NCBI GenBank assembly: GCA_042408215.1
Contig: JAYFMW010000020.1
Location: forward strand, 128,001 to 192,000
DNA length: 64,000 nt
DNA from: Microcoleus sp.
GTDB lineage: Bacteria; Cyanobacteriota; Cyanobacteriia; Cyanobacteriales; Microcoleaceae
Direction of reading: 5' to 3'
Made by a program: the position numbers and the translations under genes. Each line of letters starts with the position of its first letter. The stretch's first letter is position 1. Positions 29,793-39,808 of this stretch are shown one piece after another. Below the pieces are notes generated by a model. It was given only the letters and a program-made list of their open reading frames with translations, did no database searches and was not told the DNA's origin.

Positions 29793-31052
29793 TTAGTGTT
29801 TGATAATTTCCAGGTTAGGCAAAGGGAAGATTAAACCAACACCGCTGTTTAGTGTTTCTTGCTCGCGCTTGAGAAATTCTTCCTTGAAATGCCACGGCAA
29901 CACTAAATAATAATCCGGCTTCATGGCTCTTGAATCGGCTTCGCTGACAATAGGAATGTCACTACCTAGCGTATAAGCACCATATTTATCTGGGTTTCTT
30001 TCCGCCGCTACATCTATAATCCGATTGTCAATTCCGCACCACTGTAAAATTGTATTACCTTTGGTCGATGCACCGTAGATATGAATGCTTTTACCTTCTT
30101 TTTTAAGCATTTTTAGCAGCGAAACTAACTGCTCTTTATGCACGTTAATCCTGTCTTGAAAATTTTTGTATGGTTTGTCGGTATCCAGCTCCATGTCAAA
30201 TTCTGTCTGACGTAATAGCTTGATGCGCGTCACAGCTTCTTGTTTCTTAAAACGAAAGTTATTAAGATGCGTTGCGTAACAGCGAATGCTACCACCATTG
30301 ATGTCATTCAGGACAGCATCTACTATTTTTAAGTCGGCTTGTTTTAGGATATATTCCAGCACTGCCAAACTGTAATACTCCAAGTGTTCATGACAAATTG
30401 TGTCATAAGAATTCATTTTTAGCATGGATGGCATATAGGACATTTCAAAGACCCATAAGCCATCAGGAGTTAGCGATTTTTTGATTTCCTTGCAGAAGCT
30501 TACCGGATCTTCGAGGTCATAAAACATGGCGATAGATGTAATAATATCAAATTTTTCGCCTTGTAAAATCTTGGTCAGTTCTTCGGAAGGGAAAATGTCT
30601 TGAATTGCAGTAATGTCCCCGGTTATTTCTTGAGCGACGTCAGACGGATCGACACCAAATTTAATAAATTCTTGGGGATAGCACTTGAGTAAAGTGCCGT
30701 CATTACAGCCAATATCTAAAACACGAGCATTACTTTTGTCAATCAGCGATGCTGCTTCTTCCGTAATTTCCTGCAAGTGATTTCGCATAGTTTGGTTCGT
30801 ACCGGAACGATACCAGTATGCAGAATATAAAACTTCTGGCGGTACGGTATGTTCCATTTGCAATAAACCGCAAGCTTTTTCATCTTTGGTGGGATCGCAC
30901 CGCAGGAGAGAAAGCGCAATTTTTCTGAGGGGCGGTTCTTCTTTCCCAGGCTTGACAAATGAACCTTGCAAATGCTGTTCGCCTAAATTAATGACTGGAG
31001 TCAGTGCTGAAGAACCGCATACCCGACAAGTTTTACGATGACCTAAGTGCAT
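29793..31052 (-). CDS. NDP-hexose C-methyltransferase (Zn-binding N-term, SAM domain, C-methyltransferase C-term)
   Basis: CRVCG, VLDIGCNDGTLL, YDTICHEHLEYYSL, NGGSIR, YGASTKGNTILQ, PDYYLVLPWHF. Confidence 0.9.
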   Translation of the reverse strand: MHLGHRKTCRVCGSSALTPVINLGEQHLQGSFVKPGKEEPPLRKIALSLLRCDPTKDEKACGLLQMEHTVPPEVLYSAYWYRSGTNQTMRNHLQEITEEAASLIDKSNARVLDIGCNDGTLLKCYPQEFIKFGVDPSDVAQEITGDITAIQDIFPSEELTKILQGEKFDIITSIAMFYDLEDPVSFCKEIKKSLTPDGLWVFEMSYMPSMLKMNSYDTICHEHLEYYSLAVLEYILKQADLKIVDAVLNDINGGSIRCYATHLNNFRFKKQEAVTRIKLLRQTEFDMELDTDKPYKNFQDRINVHKEQLVSLLKMLKKEGKSIHIYGASTKGNTILQWCGIDNRIIDVAAERNPDKYGAYTLGSDIPIVSEADSRAMKPDYYLVLPWHFKEEFLKREQETLNSGVGLIFPLPNLEIIKH

Positions 31053-31072
31053 TTATTTACCTTTAAAAATAT

Positions 31073-31525
31073 TTATTTTTGATGAGAGCCGAGCTTTTCT
31101 ACAAGTGCTTGGAAATTTTTGTCTATTCCATCTATACACTTATTCCGCTGCAAGTTCAGGATGGCTAGCTGTTTGACCACTTGATCTTTTTTTGTTACAA
31201 CTACTTTGTCAAATTCATAGACTTTTTCTTGTTCGTGCCACAAGTTGCAGTTAACTTGGGCGAGTTCCGAGAAGATTTCGCCGATACTACCACCGACATC
31301 TGCCACATAATTGCCCTCTTTTTTATAAACTTTATTGGAGGCAAAAGTTAGGCGATCGCTCGGAATTTGCCCAGCTATAGCAGCACTAATAAATTCGTTG
31401 ATTTCCTCCTGAAGCTGTTTCTCTTGAACAGTAAGGCTCTTGAGTCTGATTTCGTCTTCGGAATGCCACTGTTTCAATTTGACAATTGTCAATTTATCGC
31501 AGAGAGAGCCAAGTGTTTCTGCCAT
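31073..31525 (-). CDS. Hypothetical helical protein, DUF4254/DUF6165-like
   Basis: ETLGSLCDKLTIVKLKQWH and VNCNLWHEQE...LNLQRNKCIDGID motifs; first gene of the glycan operon. Confidence 0.6.
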   Translation of the reverse strand: MAETLGSLCDKLTIVKLKQWHSEDEIRLKSLTVQEKQLQEEINEFISAAIAGQIPSDRLTFASNKVYKKEGNYVADVGGSIGEIFSELAQVNCNLWHEQEKVYEFDKVVVTKKDQVVKQLAILNLQRNKCIDGIDKNFQALVEKLGSHQK

Positions 31526-32012
31526 AGGTCAAATGTGATTGATTTGAAAGAATTTGAATCTGGATGCTGGCGATAGTGAGTATAGATCGTTTGCTATCAG
31601 ACGAATACCCATTTTGGGTGTTCCCATAATGATCCATTGTATTTGATACAACGTTTTTGAGCATACACAGGATTATCTTACACAGAAGGCACTTTTGATT
31701 GAGATATCCGATCGCCAGTGAGCACAATTACCACAACTCTGGAGACTATTGACAAATTAAAACTCCAAAGCGTGCTCATTTAGCCATTGACAAAAACAAA
31801 CAATTGTGGTATTTCAAAAAGAAATTGTATAGAAACCCGCTCTTAGAATGAGCCAGAAGCGATCGACGTTCGGTTTCCACCACCTCAGAGGGTCGATCGC
31901 CCTTACGCCGGATTCCTCACCAACCAAAAACAAGTTACAATTACGTTAAGATTGATGAACATAAATAAAAATTCCCAAATCACAGGGACTAAATAATAGG
32001 AGATCGACCTCG

Positions 32013-33851
32013 GTGAATAAACGCTGGAGAAACGCTGGCCTGTACGCACTTCTGGCTATTGTAGTCATTGCCTTAGCAACCGCATTTTTTGACAAACAGC
32101 CCCCAAGCCGGGAAGTTTGGAAGTATAGTCAATTCATTCAGGAAGTCGAAGGCAAGAGAGTAGACAAAATAAATATCACTTCCGATCGCAGCAAAGCCCT
32201 CGTCACAGCCCAAGACGGCAACAAAGTGATCGTCAACCTGCCCAACGACCCAGAACTGATCAACATCCTGACCAAAAACAACGTAGACATATCCGTCCTA
32301 CCCCAAAACGAGGAAGGCTTCTGGGTAAAAGCCATCAGCAGCCTGTTCTTCCCGATTCTGCTCTTGGTAGGACTGTTTTTCCTGGTGCGACGCGCCCAAA
32401 ACGGGCCCGGCAACCAAGCCATGAACTTCGGCAAATCCAAAGCTAGAGTCCAAATGGAGCCCCAAACTCAAGTCACTTTCAGCGACGTAGCCGGCATCGA
32501 ACAAGCCAAGCTAGAGCTCGCCGAAGTCGTAGACTTCCTGAAAAATGCAGACCGCTTCACCGCAGTCGGCGCCAAAATCCCCAAAGGCGTACTGCTAGTC
32601 GGCCCTCCCGGAACAGGCAAAACCCTCTTAGCAAAAGCAGTTGCTGGAGAAGCAGGCGTTCCTTTCTTCTCAATTTCCGGTTCGGAGTTTGTAGAAATGT
32701 TCGTCGGTGTGGGTGCTTCCCGCGTCCGCGACTTGTTTGAACAAGCTAAATCTAACGCTCCTTGCATCGTATTTATTGATGAAATTGACGCGGTAGGCCG
32801 TCAACGCGGCGCGGGAATGGGTGGTGGTAACGATGAACGGGAACAAACCCTCAACCAGTTGCTGACTGAAATGGACGGTTTTGAGGGTAATACCGGCATC
32901 ATTATTATTGCTGCTACGAACCGTCCTGATGTGCTGGATTCCGCGCTGCTGCGTCCGGGCCGTTTCGATCGCCAAGTTGTGGTCGATCGCCCTGATTTCG
33001 CCGGCCGCCTGGAAATTCTCAACGTTCACGCCCGCGGCAAAACTTTGTCGAAAGATGTGGACTTGGAGAAAATCGCCCGCCGCACTCCCGGTTTCACCGG
33101 TGCCGATTTGGCGAACCTGTTGAACGAATCTGCAATTTTGGCCGCCCGCCGCAACTTGACCGAAGTTTCGATGGATGAAGTCAACGATGCGATCGACCGC
33201 GTGCTCGCAGGCCCAGAAAAGAAAGACCGCGTAATGAGCGAAAAGCGCAAAACTTTGGTAGCTTACCACGAAGCCGGTCACGCCTTAGTCGGTGCCCTGA
33301 TGCCCGACTATGACCCTGTTCAGAAAATTAGCATTATCCCCCGCGGCCGCGCCGGTGGTTTGACTTGGTTCACACCCAGCGAAGATCGGATGGATTCTGG
33401 CTTGTATTCTCGTTCATACTTGCAAAATCAAATGGCGGTAGCTTTGGGCGGCCGCATTGCTGAAGAGATTGTCTTCGGCGAAGAAGAAGTGACAACTGGC
33501 GCTTCCAATGACTTGCAACAAGTGGCAAGAGTAGCACGCCAAATGGTGACTCGCTTCGGAATGAGCGATCGACTCGGCCCTGTAGCTCTCGGCCGCCAAC
33601 AAGGGAATATGTTCATGGGTCGCGATATCATGGCTGAACGGGATTTCTCCGAAGAAACCGCAGCGACGATCGACGATGAAGTCCGTTTGTTGGTAGAGCA
33701 AGCTTATCGCCGCGCTAAAGATGTGCTCGTCGGCAACCGCCACGTCCTTAACACTTTGGCTGATCTGCTAGTTGAAAAGGAAACTGTGGATTCCGACGAA
33801 TTGCAAAACTTGTTAGCTAATAGCGATGTGAAAATGGCGACGATCGCCTAA
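32013..33851 (+). CDS. ftsH: ATP-dependent zinc metalloprotease FtsH (FtsH3-type)
   Basis: N-term [12 protein letters not shown] typical of FtsH3; [25 protein letters not shown]. Confidence 0.97.
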   Translation: MNKRWRNAGLYALLAIVVIALATAFFDKQPPSREVWKYSQFIQEVEGKRVDKINITSDRSKALVTAQDGNKVIVNLPNDPELINILTKNNVDISVLPQNEEGFWVKAISSLFFPILLLVGLFFLVRRAQNGPGNQAMNFGKSKARVQMEPQTQVTFSDVAGIEQAKLELAEVVDFLKNADRFTAVGAKIPKGVLLVGPPGTGKTLLAKAVAGEAGVPFFSISGSEFVEMFVGVGASRVRDLFEQAKSNAPCIVFIDEIDAVGRQRGAGMGGGNDEREQTLNQLLTEMDGFEGNTGIIIIAATNRPDVLDSALLRPGRFDRQVVVDRPDFAGRLEILNVHARGKTLSKDVDLEKIARRTPGFTGADLANLLNESAILAARRNLTEVSMDEVNDAIDRVLAGPEKKDRVMSEKRKTLVAYHEAGHALVGALMPDYDPVQKISIIPRGRAGGLTWFTPSEDRMDSGLYSRSYLQNQMAVALGGRIAEEIVFGEEEVTTGASNDLQQVARVARQMVTRFGMSDRLGPVALGRQQGNMFMGRDIMAERDFSEETAATIDDEVRLLVEQAYRRAKDVLVGNRHVLNTLADLLVEKETVDSDELQNLLANSDVKMATIA

Positions 33852-33907
33852 TCAATTTTGGATTTTGGATTTTGAATTTTGGATTAAATCTAAAGTTTAA
33901 AATCGGT

Positions 33908-33952
33908 AATTGGGGGGATTCTGGGATGGTCTGGAATCGCCCCAATTTTTTT
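33908..33952 (+). terminator. Putative intrinsic terminator after ftsH
   Basis: Stem AATTGGGGGGATTC...GAATCGCCCCAATT followed by a T-run. Confidence 0.65.
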
Positions 33953-34182
33953 GTGGGTTAGATCAAATCCGCGCTTCATCGGAATTATTCATCTCTCTCT
34001 TCTCTGACTCTGCGTTCTCTGTGTCCTCTGCGGTTTAATTATTCCGTTCCAACCGGAATTGAGATTATACCAGAAGCAAGAAGGAAGAAGGAAGACTAAT
34101 TCTCAAGGCCCAATGCCCAATGCTTTTCGGCCCAATGTTACTAATGTGTACTAAAATTATAAGTGAGGCAGAATGAGTTGGC

Positions 34183-34821
34183 ATGAATCATCAATCTTGG
34201 TTAACGTTACTAAAAAAACACCGCGCGATCGCCGTGATCCGTTCCTCCGAAAAGGAACTCGCTTTGCAAATGGCAAAAGCCGTAGCAGCAGGAGGAATCC
34301 AGTTTATTGAAATTACATGGAACAGCCACAAAGCCGCTGAATTAATTTCCCAACTCCGCTCAGAATTACCTACCTTTACTATTGGCACCGGCACGCTCTT
34401 AAACTGTGAACAAATAAAGCAAGCAAGAGATTGTGGCGCTCAATTTCTGTTTACTCCCCACACCGATTTAACGATGATTAAAACAGCAATTGATGCGGGA
34501 TTGCCGATCGTCCCTGGTGCTTTTTCTCCTACAGAAATTTTGACGGCGTGGAACGCCGGCGCTACCTGCGTCAAAGTGTTTCCGATATCAGGTTTGGGAG
34601 GTGCGGCTTACCTGAAAAGCCTGCAAGGCCCCCTCGGCCACATTCCTTTAATCCCGACGGGCGGGGTGACGCTGGAAAATGCGAAACTATTTATCGCAGC
34701 CGGGGCGATCGCAGTTGGTTTAGCCGGAGACTTATTTCCCAAACACTTAGTGAAAAATGGAGATTGGGAGGCGATCGCTCAAATTGCTCGGAATCTCGCC
34801 CAAAACTTAACAACTTCTTAA
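34183..34821 (+). CDS. eda: KHG/KDPG aldolase
   Basis: AIAVIRS, GGIQFIEIT, IGTGT, PGAFSPTEI, VKVFP, PLIPTGGV. Confidence 0.93.
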   Translation: MNHQSWLTLLKKHRAIAVIRSSEKELALQMAKAVAAGGIQFIEITWNSHKAAELISQLRSELPTFTIGTGTLLNCEQIKQARDCGAQFLFTPHTDLTMIKTAIDAGLPIVPGAFSPTEILTAWNAGATCVKVFPISGLGGAAYLKSLQGPLGHIPLIPTGGVTLENAKLFIAAGAIAVGLAGDLFPKHLVKNGDWEAIAQIARNLAQNLTTS

Positions 34822-34828
34822 TCCCTAT

Positions 34829-35102
34829 TTTTCTGACTCCCCCCTTGTTAAGGGGGGTTGGGGGGGATCTAATTTTTTCTGACTCCCCCCTTGTTAAGGG
34901 GGGTTGGGGGGGATCTAATTTTTTCTGACTCCCCCTTGTTAAGGGAGGTTGAGGGGGATCTAAATTTTTCTGACTCCCCCCTTGTTAAGGGGGGTTGGGG
35001 GGGAGAGAAATTTTTCTGACTCCCCCCTTGTTAAGGGGGGTTGGGGAGGAGAGAAATTTTTCTGACTCCCCCCTTGTTAAGGGGGGTTGGGGGGGATCTA
35101 AT
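34829..35102. repeat. Six tandem ~46-bp REP-like palindromic units
   Basis: TTTTTCTGACTCCCCCCTTGTTAAGGGGGGTTGGGGGGGATCTAA x6 with minor variants and no unique spacers. Confidence 0.9.
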
Positions 35103-35230
35103 TTTGAAACTTTCTGCACAAAAATTCTAACATTATGTTGCTAAAATAAGCTGCAAACAATCAATTGAGATATCCTGTAATTAAGGATTCCTCCAAAGAT
35201 GTAGTTTTCTAGATTGAAGAGGTGTGAGCA

Positions 35231-35746
35231 ATGAAAAGCATTATCAACTCAACTTACTTGCGTCGCGCTGGAACTTTAATAGCAAGCTGCGCCCTGACTG
35301 TTGCTGTTTTCTGCGGCGGTTCAACTGCCGCAATTACCGACCAGCAGCACAACATAATTGCCAATAGAATTATGCAGTTGCAAGAATCCAGCCAGCGCTG
35401 GATAGAAATTGATTTGTCCCGACAAAAGTTAGTGGCTTGGGAAGGAAATAAACCCGTTTATGCTGTAACTATTTCCAGCGGGAAATCATCGACTCCCACC
35501 CGCACGGGAACTTTTGCCGTTCAAACCAAATACCGCGTTGCGAGGATGACTGGGCCCGACTACGACGTGCCCGACGTTCCCTATACAATGTATTACGATG
35601 GAGGCATGGCAATTCATGGCGCTTACTGGCACAATTTGTTTGGCAATCCCGTCACTCACGGCTGTACAAATGTGGCTGTAAATCACGCTAAATGGCTATT
35701 TGAATGGGCCTCGGTGGGAACACCCGTGGTGGTGCACAAATCTTAA
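35231..35746 (+). CDS. L,D-transpeptidase (YkuD/ErfK family)
   Basis: WIEIDLSRQKL, ISSGK..TPTRTG, AIHGAYWH...HGCTN. Confidence 0.93.
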   Translation: MKSIINSTYLRRAGTLIASCALTVAVFCGGSTAAITDQQHNIIANRIMQLQESSQRWIEIDLSRQKLVAWEGNKPVYAVTISSGKSSTPTRTGTFAVQTKYRVARMTGPDYDVPDVPYTMYYDGGMAIHGAYWHNLFGNPVTHGCTNVAVNHAKWLFEWASVGTPVVVHKS

Positions 35747-35836
35747 TTGTTAGTTGTTAACAGTTAACTGTTAACTGTTAATTGTTAGTTGTTAACTGTT
35801 AACTGTTAACTGTTAACTGTTAGTTGTTAGTTGTTA
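35747..35836. repeat. Heptamer STRR tract (TGTTAAC/TGTTAGT)
   Basis: Tandem 7-mers between convergent genes. Confidence 0.85.
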
Positions 35837-37224
35837 TAGCCTTTCTCAGGTAGATTCAGCAAATAACGACTTTTAATATATTCTTTTAAAATGGGGCTTA
35901 AACTGATTAAATTACCATTTTCTGTAGTTTCTGTTTCCAGTAAAAATCGCATTTTTAAGGATAATATGCTATTGACTATTTCTGTCGCTACTAGGTCAAT
36001 TTTATGGGTGATTTTAGAGATGCCAATGGGTGCTGTTTCTTGGGCTAATTGTAACATGATTTTTTGTTCGTTTTGCGCTAATTTTTGCCATTTTTTATCG
36101 AGGTGCGATCGCACTCCTTCTGGCACAATTAATCCCTGATATTCTAAAAACTCACTAACATTTCCGGCATATAATTCACCGATTAATTCGGCAGTCAATT
36201 CTAACCATAAGGGATGACTTTGATAAAGGGTTATTAATTGTGGCCATAGTTCTTGATTGGCTAAGTTTTGGTGATGTAAAATTTCTGTTGCATCTGAGTC
36301 TAAGCCTGATAAGATTAAAGATTTAACGGGATAATTAGCTTTTTCTAATTGTTGAATTTCTAGCCATTTTTCTTGAGATAGTAGGATGATGTTACTGTGA
36401 TGGGAAGATTGGGCGATCGCCTGAAATAATAGGTGATAGGAAGTGCGATCGGTTTGCCAAGTCCCCGCTAATTTTTGGGGCGTAAAAAGATTTTGGATAT
36501 CATCAAGTATAATTAAACATTGATATTGAGTGAGGTAGTCAATAAAGAGGTTAATTTGGGATTCAATATCGTTAGGTATTTCTGGTGGTGAGAAGATTTG
36601 TAATAAATTAGTTAATGTGGTGGTAAGGGAAGGGGAAAAATAGAGCGCGCGATAAATAATATAGTCAAAGTGTTGGGGAATTTCGTTAATGAGATGAAGC
36701 GCGATCGTGGTTTTACCAATACCGCTAATACCGAAAATGGTAATGAGGCGAATCTCTTGATGAATTAGCCAATCTTTGAGGGTAGAGACTTCGTTATTTC
36801 TGCCGTAAAAATCGGGAAATTTAGGAGCGTTGTTGAGGTGGAGTTTAGGGTTTTCCGCTTGGGGCTTTGGCGGTGAATTAATTTTGGGTATGCTGGGTTT
36901 GTGGCAGTTGTTAATGTTATTATTAACATTGATAATACCACTAAAAATAACACCAGAAACTTGATTAAAATTTGTTTTTTCTAAAATAGCTTTAACATTA
37001 GCTTTTCTCACCTTTTCTCCTAATAACTCAGATAAAAATTTCCATAAATCAGAAGCGGTATCAGCGACATGACTTTCACTATATCCAGTTTTGAGAGCAA
37101 TTTCCGAATAAGTTTTATCTTGTAAAGTATTTTCTAAAACAGATTTTTGTATAAAATCCAGATGGGACCCTGTTTTATCAAAGAGTAGCTCATCTAAAAT
37201 ATTAACAACCTGGGCTATGTCCAT
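35827..37224 (-). CDS. N-terminal HTH plus NB-ARC (STAND) ATPase, without C-terminal WD40/TPR sensor
   Basis: KTYSEIALKTGYSESHVADTASDLWKFLSELLGEKV; FYGR, GISGIGKT, LIILDD, HPLWLEL. Confidence 0.85.
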   Translation of the reverse strand: MDIAQVVNILDELLFDKTGSHLDFIQKSVLENTLQDKTYSEIALKTGYSESHVADTASDLWKFLSELLGEKVRKANVKAILEKTNFNQVSGVIFSGIINVNNNINNCHKPSIPKINSPPKPQAENPKLHLNNAPKFPDFYGRNNEVSTLKDWLIHQEIRLITIFGISGIGKTTIALHLINEIPQHFDYIIYRALYFSPSLTTTLTNLLQIFSPPEIPNDIESQINLFIDYLTQYQCLIILDDIQNLFTPQKLAGTWQTDRTSYHLLFQAIAQSSHHSNIILLSQEKWLEIQQLEKANYPVKSLILSGLDSDATEILHHQNLANQELWPQLITLYQSHPLWLELTAELIGELYAGNVSEFLEYQGLIVPEGVRSHLDKKWQKLAQNEQKIMLQLAQETAPIGISKITHKIDLVATEIVNSILSLKMRFLLETETTENGNLISLSPILKEYIKSRYLLNLPEKGYNN

Positions 37225-37262
37225 AAATTAAAGAGATGCTGGAGTTCCGGTCATTATATCAT

Positions 37263-37334
37263 AACTTTCCGAATTTTCCTAACTTTCCTAACTTTCCTAA
37301 TTTAATTTGCCATTATTAAGTCCCGAAGTTTCCT
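37263..37334. promoter_or_regulatory. 9-bp direct repeat array in divergent promoter (putative operator)
   Basis: AACTTTCCG AATTTTCCT AACTTTCCT AACTTTCCT (37263-37298), plus TAAGTCCCG AAGTTTCCT (37317-37334). Confidence 0.55.
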
Positions 37335-37404
37335 AAACAGGTATTGGGTTCATATAGTTTAAAATATTTTCAGGTATGTATCTTACCACACAGGAGTTTT
37401 CTAA

Positions 37405-37869
37405 ATGAAAATTAAAACTTTTGTAATATTAGGTTCTCTGTTTGCCAGTTTGGGACTTTTTTCAGCAACAACAGCATTAGCTCAAGGCAGGGTTGTAAAT
37501 TATCAAGGTGAGACATATCTTTTCCGGCCACAAAATGAAGAACTGGGGCCAAGCGTGCGCTGTAGTCGTGATGGCAGAAACTGTTATTCTCTTGAACCAG
37601 TTGATTGTAACGCTCGTTACAATCAACAAATAGGATGTTTATATCGGTTTTCTCCTATCACAGAAAGTGTATTTCAGAACCCTATTTGGGCAAATGCCTG
37701 CTGGAGTTTGGGTTCTACCGCAGAGTACATTCTTGGCTCAAACCCTGGCATTGACTGTAGAGTATATGGAATGTCTAATCAAATGTTTCAAGAAAAGAAG
37801 AGGCAGGCAGAATATACTAAAAGAAAACTTGATGAGTCACTAAGACAATTACAACAAACAGGAAATTAA
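37405..37869 (+). CDS. Hypothetical secreted Cys-containing protein
   Basis: CAGGAG RBS; signal peptide MKIKTFVILGSLFASLGLFSATTALA; six Cys; no recognised domain. Confidence 0.75.
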   Translation: MKIKTFVILGSLFASLGLFSATTALAQGRVVNYQGETYLFRPQNEELGPSVRCSRDGRNCYSLEPVDCNARYNQQIGCLYRFSPITESVFQNPIWANACWSLGSTAEYILGSNPGIDCRVYGMSNQMFQEKKRQAEYTKRKLDESLRQLQQTGN

Positions 37870-38004
37870 TCAGGTAATTTTGCTCTAAATTACCTCCAGA
37901 TTTAGGCTGGGTCAAGCGCCAGCGCGACCCAACTTATGGTTTTGATTAATTATAGCGATCGCTCTATCACGATTACCTTATAGCAGTGCGGAGCCATCAA
38001 GGGT

Positions 38005-38418
38005 TTATACTTGTGAACTTTTCCGCAAACGCTGTCTTTCTTTCAATCGATCATCACTATTCAACTGAAGCAATATAACAGTTGTACGCCCTTCAGGCGT
38101 TAAACCAATTATTATCCTATCTAAACTCAATTCAAAATGTTCAGACCATAATTGTTGACGGGGGTGAAATAAAAAACTAAATTCACCTGTATTCGGATCA
38201 AATGAACCCAGATCGCTTCCTTTGTGACGATTACAACGCCAACAAGCAAAAGCTAAGTTATTAGCATCTGTCACACCACCATGTTTTTCCGCTATAATAT
38301 GATCAATTTCATGGGGAAAAAATGATAAAGAGTTTGACAAAAGACAATACTCACAACAATAGTTAGCCCTTTCCTCAACTAAACGTCGCAAAGAAGCAGA
38401 AATATAAGTAACACTCAT
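38005..38418 (-). CDS. HNH endonuclease
   Basis: CEYC...HEIDHIIAEKHGG...NLAFACWRCNRHKG. Confidence 0.92.
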   Translation of the reverse strand: MSVTYISASLRRLVEERANYCCEYCLLSNSLSFFPHEIDHIIAEKHGGVTDANNLAFACWRCNRHKGSDLGSFDPNTGEFSFLFHPRQQLWSEHFELSLDRIIIGLTPEGRTTVILLQLNSDDRLKERQRLRKSSQV

Positions 38419-38425
38419 AATCTAA

Positions 38426-38767
38426 TTAATGACTTAAATAACTTAAAGCACCTGTTTTAAACATGATGACTAAATGCTCAATGTGTTCATATTCTCTTAA
38501 TTCCATCTCTTCTAAATTTGTTAATTCTCCTCTTTGAGCGCGAGATAACAAAAGGCGTAATCTTTGTTGCATTTCATCTGTTGGCCGAAAATCTGCTATT
38601 TGTTGTTGAGTGGGCGCACTTGCCAAAAAATCAACAATATAACGATAGACCTGAACTGGTAATAATGGTTGATCTACTGATTGAGCTAAAACTTCAGGTA
38701 ATCGCTCTTGTATTAGACTCAGTTTAGCTGATAGTTCTTCTGGTATTTCTATAGTAATAGTTGCCAT
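38426..38767 (-). CDS. Hypothetical protein, putative antitoxin partner of the HNH nuclease
   Basis: MATITIEIPEELS (RHH-like), IVDFLASAPT...FRP...QQRL..LL; ends 7 bp upstream of the HNH gene. Confidence 0.65.
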   Translation of the reverse strand: MATITIEIPEELSAKLSLIQERLPEVLAQSVDQPLLPVQVYRYIVDFLASAPTQQQIADFRPTDEMQQRLRLLLSRAQRGELTNLEEMELREYEHIEHLVIMFKTGALSYLSH

Positions 38768-38790
38768 GCTGTTACCTCTTAATTAAAGTC

Positions 38791-38954
38791 TCGATAAATC
38801 TAATCGCCACTATCACACTCGATCGCCATATACCAATTATAGTATTAATTGATCGTTTTTCCAGTAGCACGCTCAAAAATTGCCCGACAACGTTTCCCAT
38901 ATTAGCCTTTGGCCTTTTTTATTGGGCTAAGCTGGCGATCGAAACTCGTCCTTA
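38791..38954 (-). pseudogene. Degenerate paralogous fragment of the 39491-39808 gene
   Basis: Aligns by eye with ~39600-39775 (TATACCAAT.ATAGT..., CGCTCAAAAAT.GCCCGACA.CGTT, GAAACTCGTCCTT) with indels. Confidence 0.7.
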
Positions 38955-39186
38955 TAAGTTTAACCGATTCACAACTCAAAACACTATGAGCAAAATGCCC
39001 TAAAATTTTTTGTTGTTCATTCAGAGATTCCTTGGTACTAGCAACTTCTAACCAACCTTCGATCGCCTCTTGCAACATTTCTATTAAATGTTCATAATTG
39101 TCACCATAGGTGTGACAACCTGGTAAGCCAGGTACAGAAGCGCACCAAACATCATCTTCTTGCCAAATCACAACTTTTATTTTCAT
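38902..39186 (-). CDS. HicB-family antitoxin; native C-terminus probably replaced after ~39000, no hicA nearby
   Basis: MKIKVVIWQEDDVWCASVPGLPGCHTYGDNYEHLIEMLQEAIEGWL. Confidence 0.85.
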   Translation of the reverse strand: MKIKVVIWQEDDVWCASVPGLPGCHTYGDNYEHLIEMLQEAIEGWLEVASTKESLNEQQKILGHFAHSVLSCESVKLIRTSFDRQLSPIKKAKG

Positions 39187-39191
39187 ATCAA

Positions 39192-39437
39192 TTATTGGTT
39201 TACAGTTTCATAATTTACCGATAAAGCGATAATGCGATCGTCCAAGTAACTAGAAGCAAAAATTAGACATTGCTGGATATCCTCTTCTTCTAATTCAGGA
39301 AATTCTTGACGTAACTCTTGACGATCGCGATAAGTAGCAAGTAACTCTATTACCCGTCGTACTGTCAAACGCATATTCCGAACACATGGCTGTCCATTCA
39401 TGCGGCCCGGATGACTGGTGATTCGATCTAGTTTCAT
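39192..39437 (-). CDS. DUF433 domain protein (putative antitoxin)
   Basis: RITSHPGRMNGQPCVRNMRLTVRRVIELL...FPELEEEDIQQCL. Confidence 0.9.
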   Translation of the reverse strand: MKLDRITSHPGRMNGQPCVRNMRLTVRRVIELLATYRDRQELRQEFPELEEEDIQQCLIFASSYLDDRIIALSVNYETVNQ

Positions 39438-39490
39438 GTTCTCCTCCTTTTTTTGAAAGTATCAACTATTGGTATTAAACTGGCCTCTAA

Positions 39491-39808
39491 TCATATTTTT
39501 CCACAACAACCTGTTTCATTTAAGCGCGTAATCAGACATTTAGCATGAGGATGTTTGGTATGTATTTTTTGGCTGGCAATTTTGTCATCTGGATCGATCG
39601 CATAATCTCCACTATCTGGTTCGATGACAATATACCAATCATAGTGTTGAGGGATGATCTCTCCAGCCACGCGCTCAAAAATAGCCCGACATCGTTGGCC
39701 AAAGGCTTCATTCTCGGCTTGTCGTCGGGCTTTTTCTACTGGGTCAAGTTGATGATCGGGGAAAACTCGTCCTTGTCTGGCGATCGGTTTTGGTAATATT
39801 TGGGTCAT
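39491..39808 (-). CDS. Hypothetical protein of a family usually preceding a retropepsin-like aspartyl protease
   Basis: RCRAIFERV...HYDWYIVIEPDSGDYAIDPD...RLNETGCCGKI; stop overlaps ATG of a 10-codon stub. Confidence 0.65.
   Translation of the reverse strand: MTQILPKPIARQGRVFPDHQLDPVEKARRQAENEAFGQRCRAIFERVAGEIIPQHYDWYIVIEPDSGDYAIDPDDKIASQKIHTKHPHAKCLITRLNETGCCGKI

Noticed and set aside
31934..31952. RpaB/HLR1-like direct repeat upstream of ftsH (GTTACAAT-TAC-GTTAAGAT)
   Set aside because: Spacing and second half deviate from consensus; too weak to call by eye
34829..35102. Possible CRISPR array
   Set aside because: Units abut with no unique spacers; REP-like hairpin family seen elsewhere in the window
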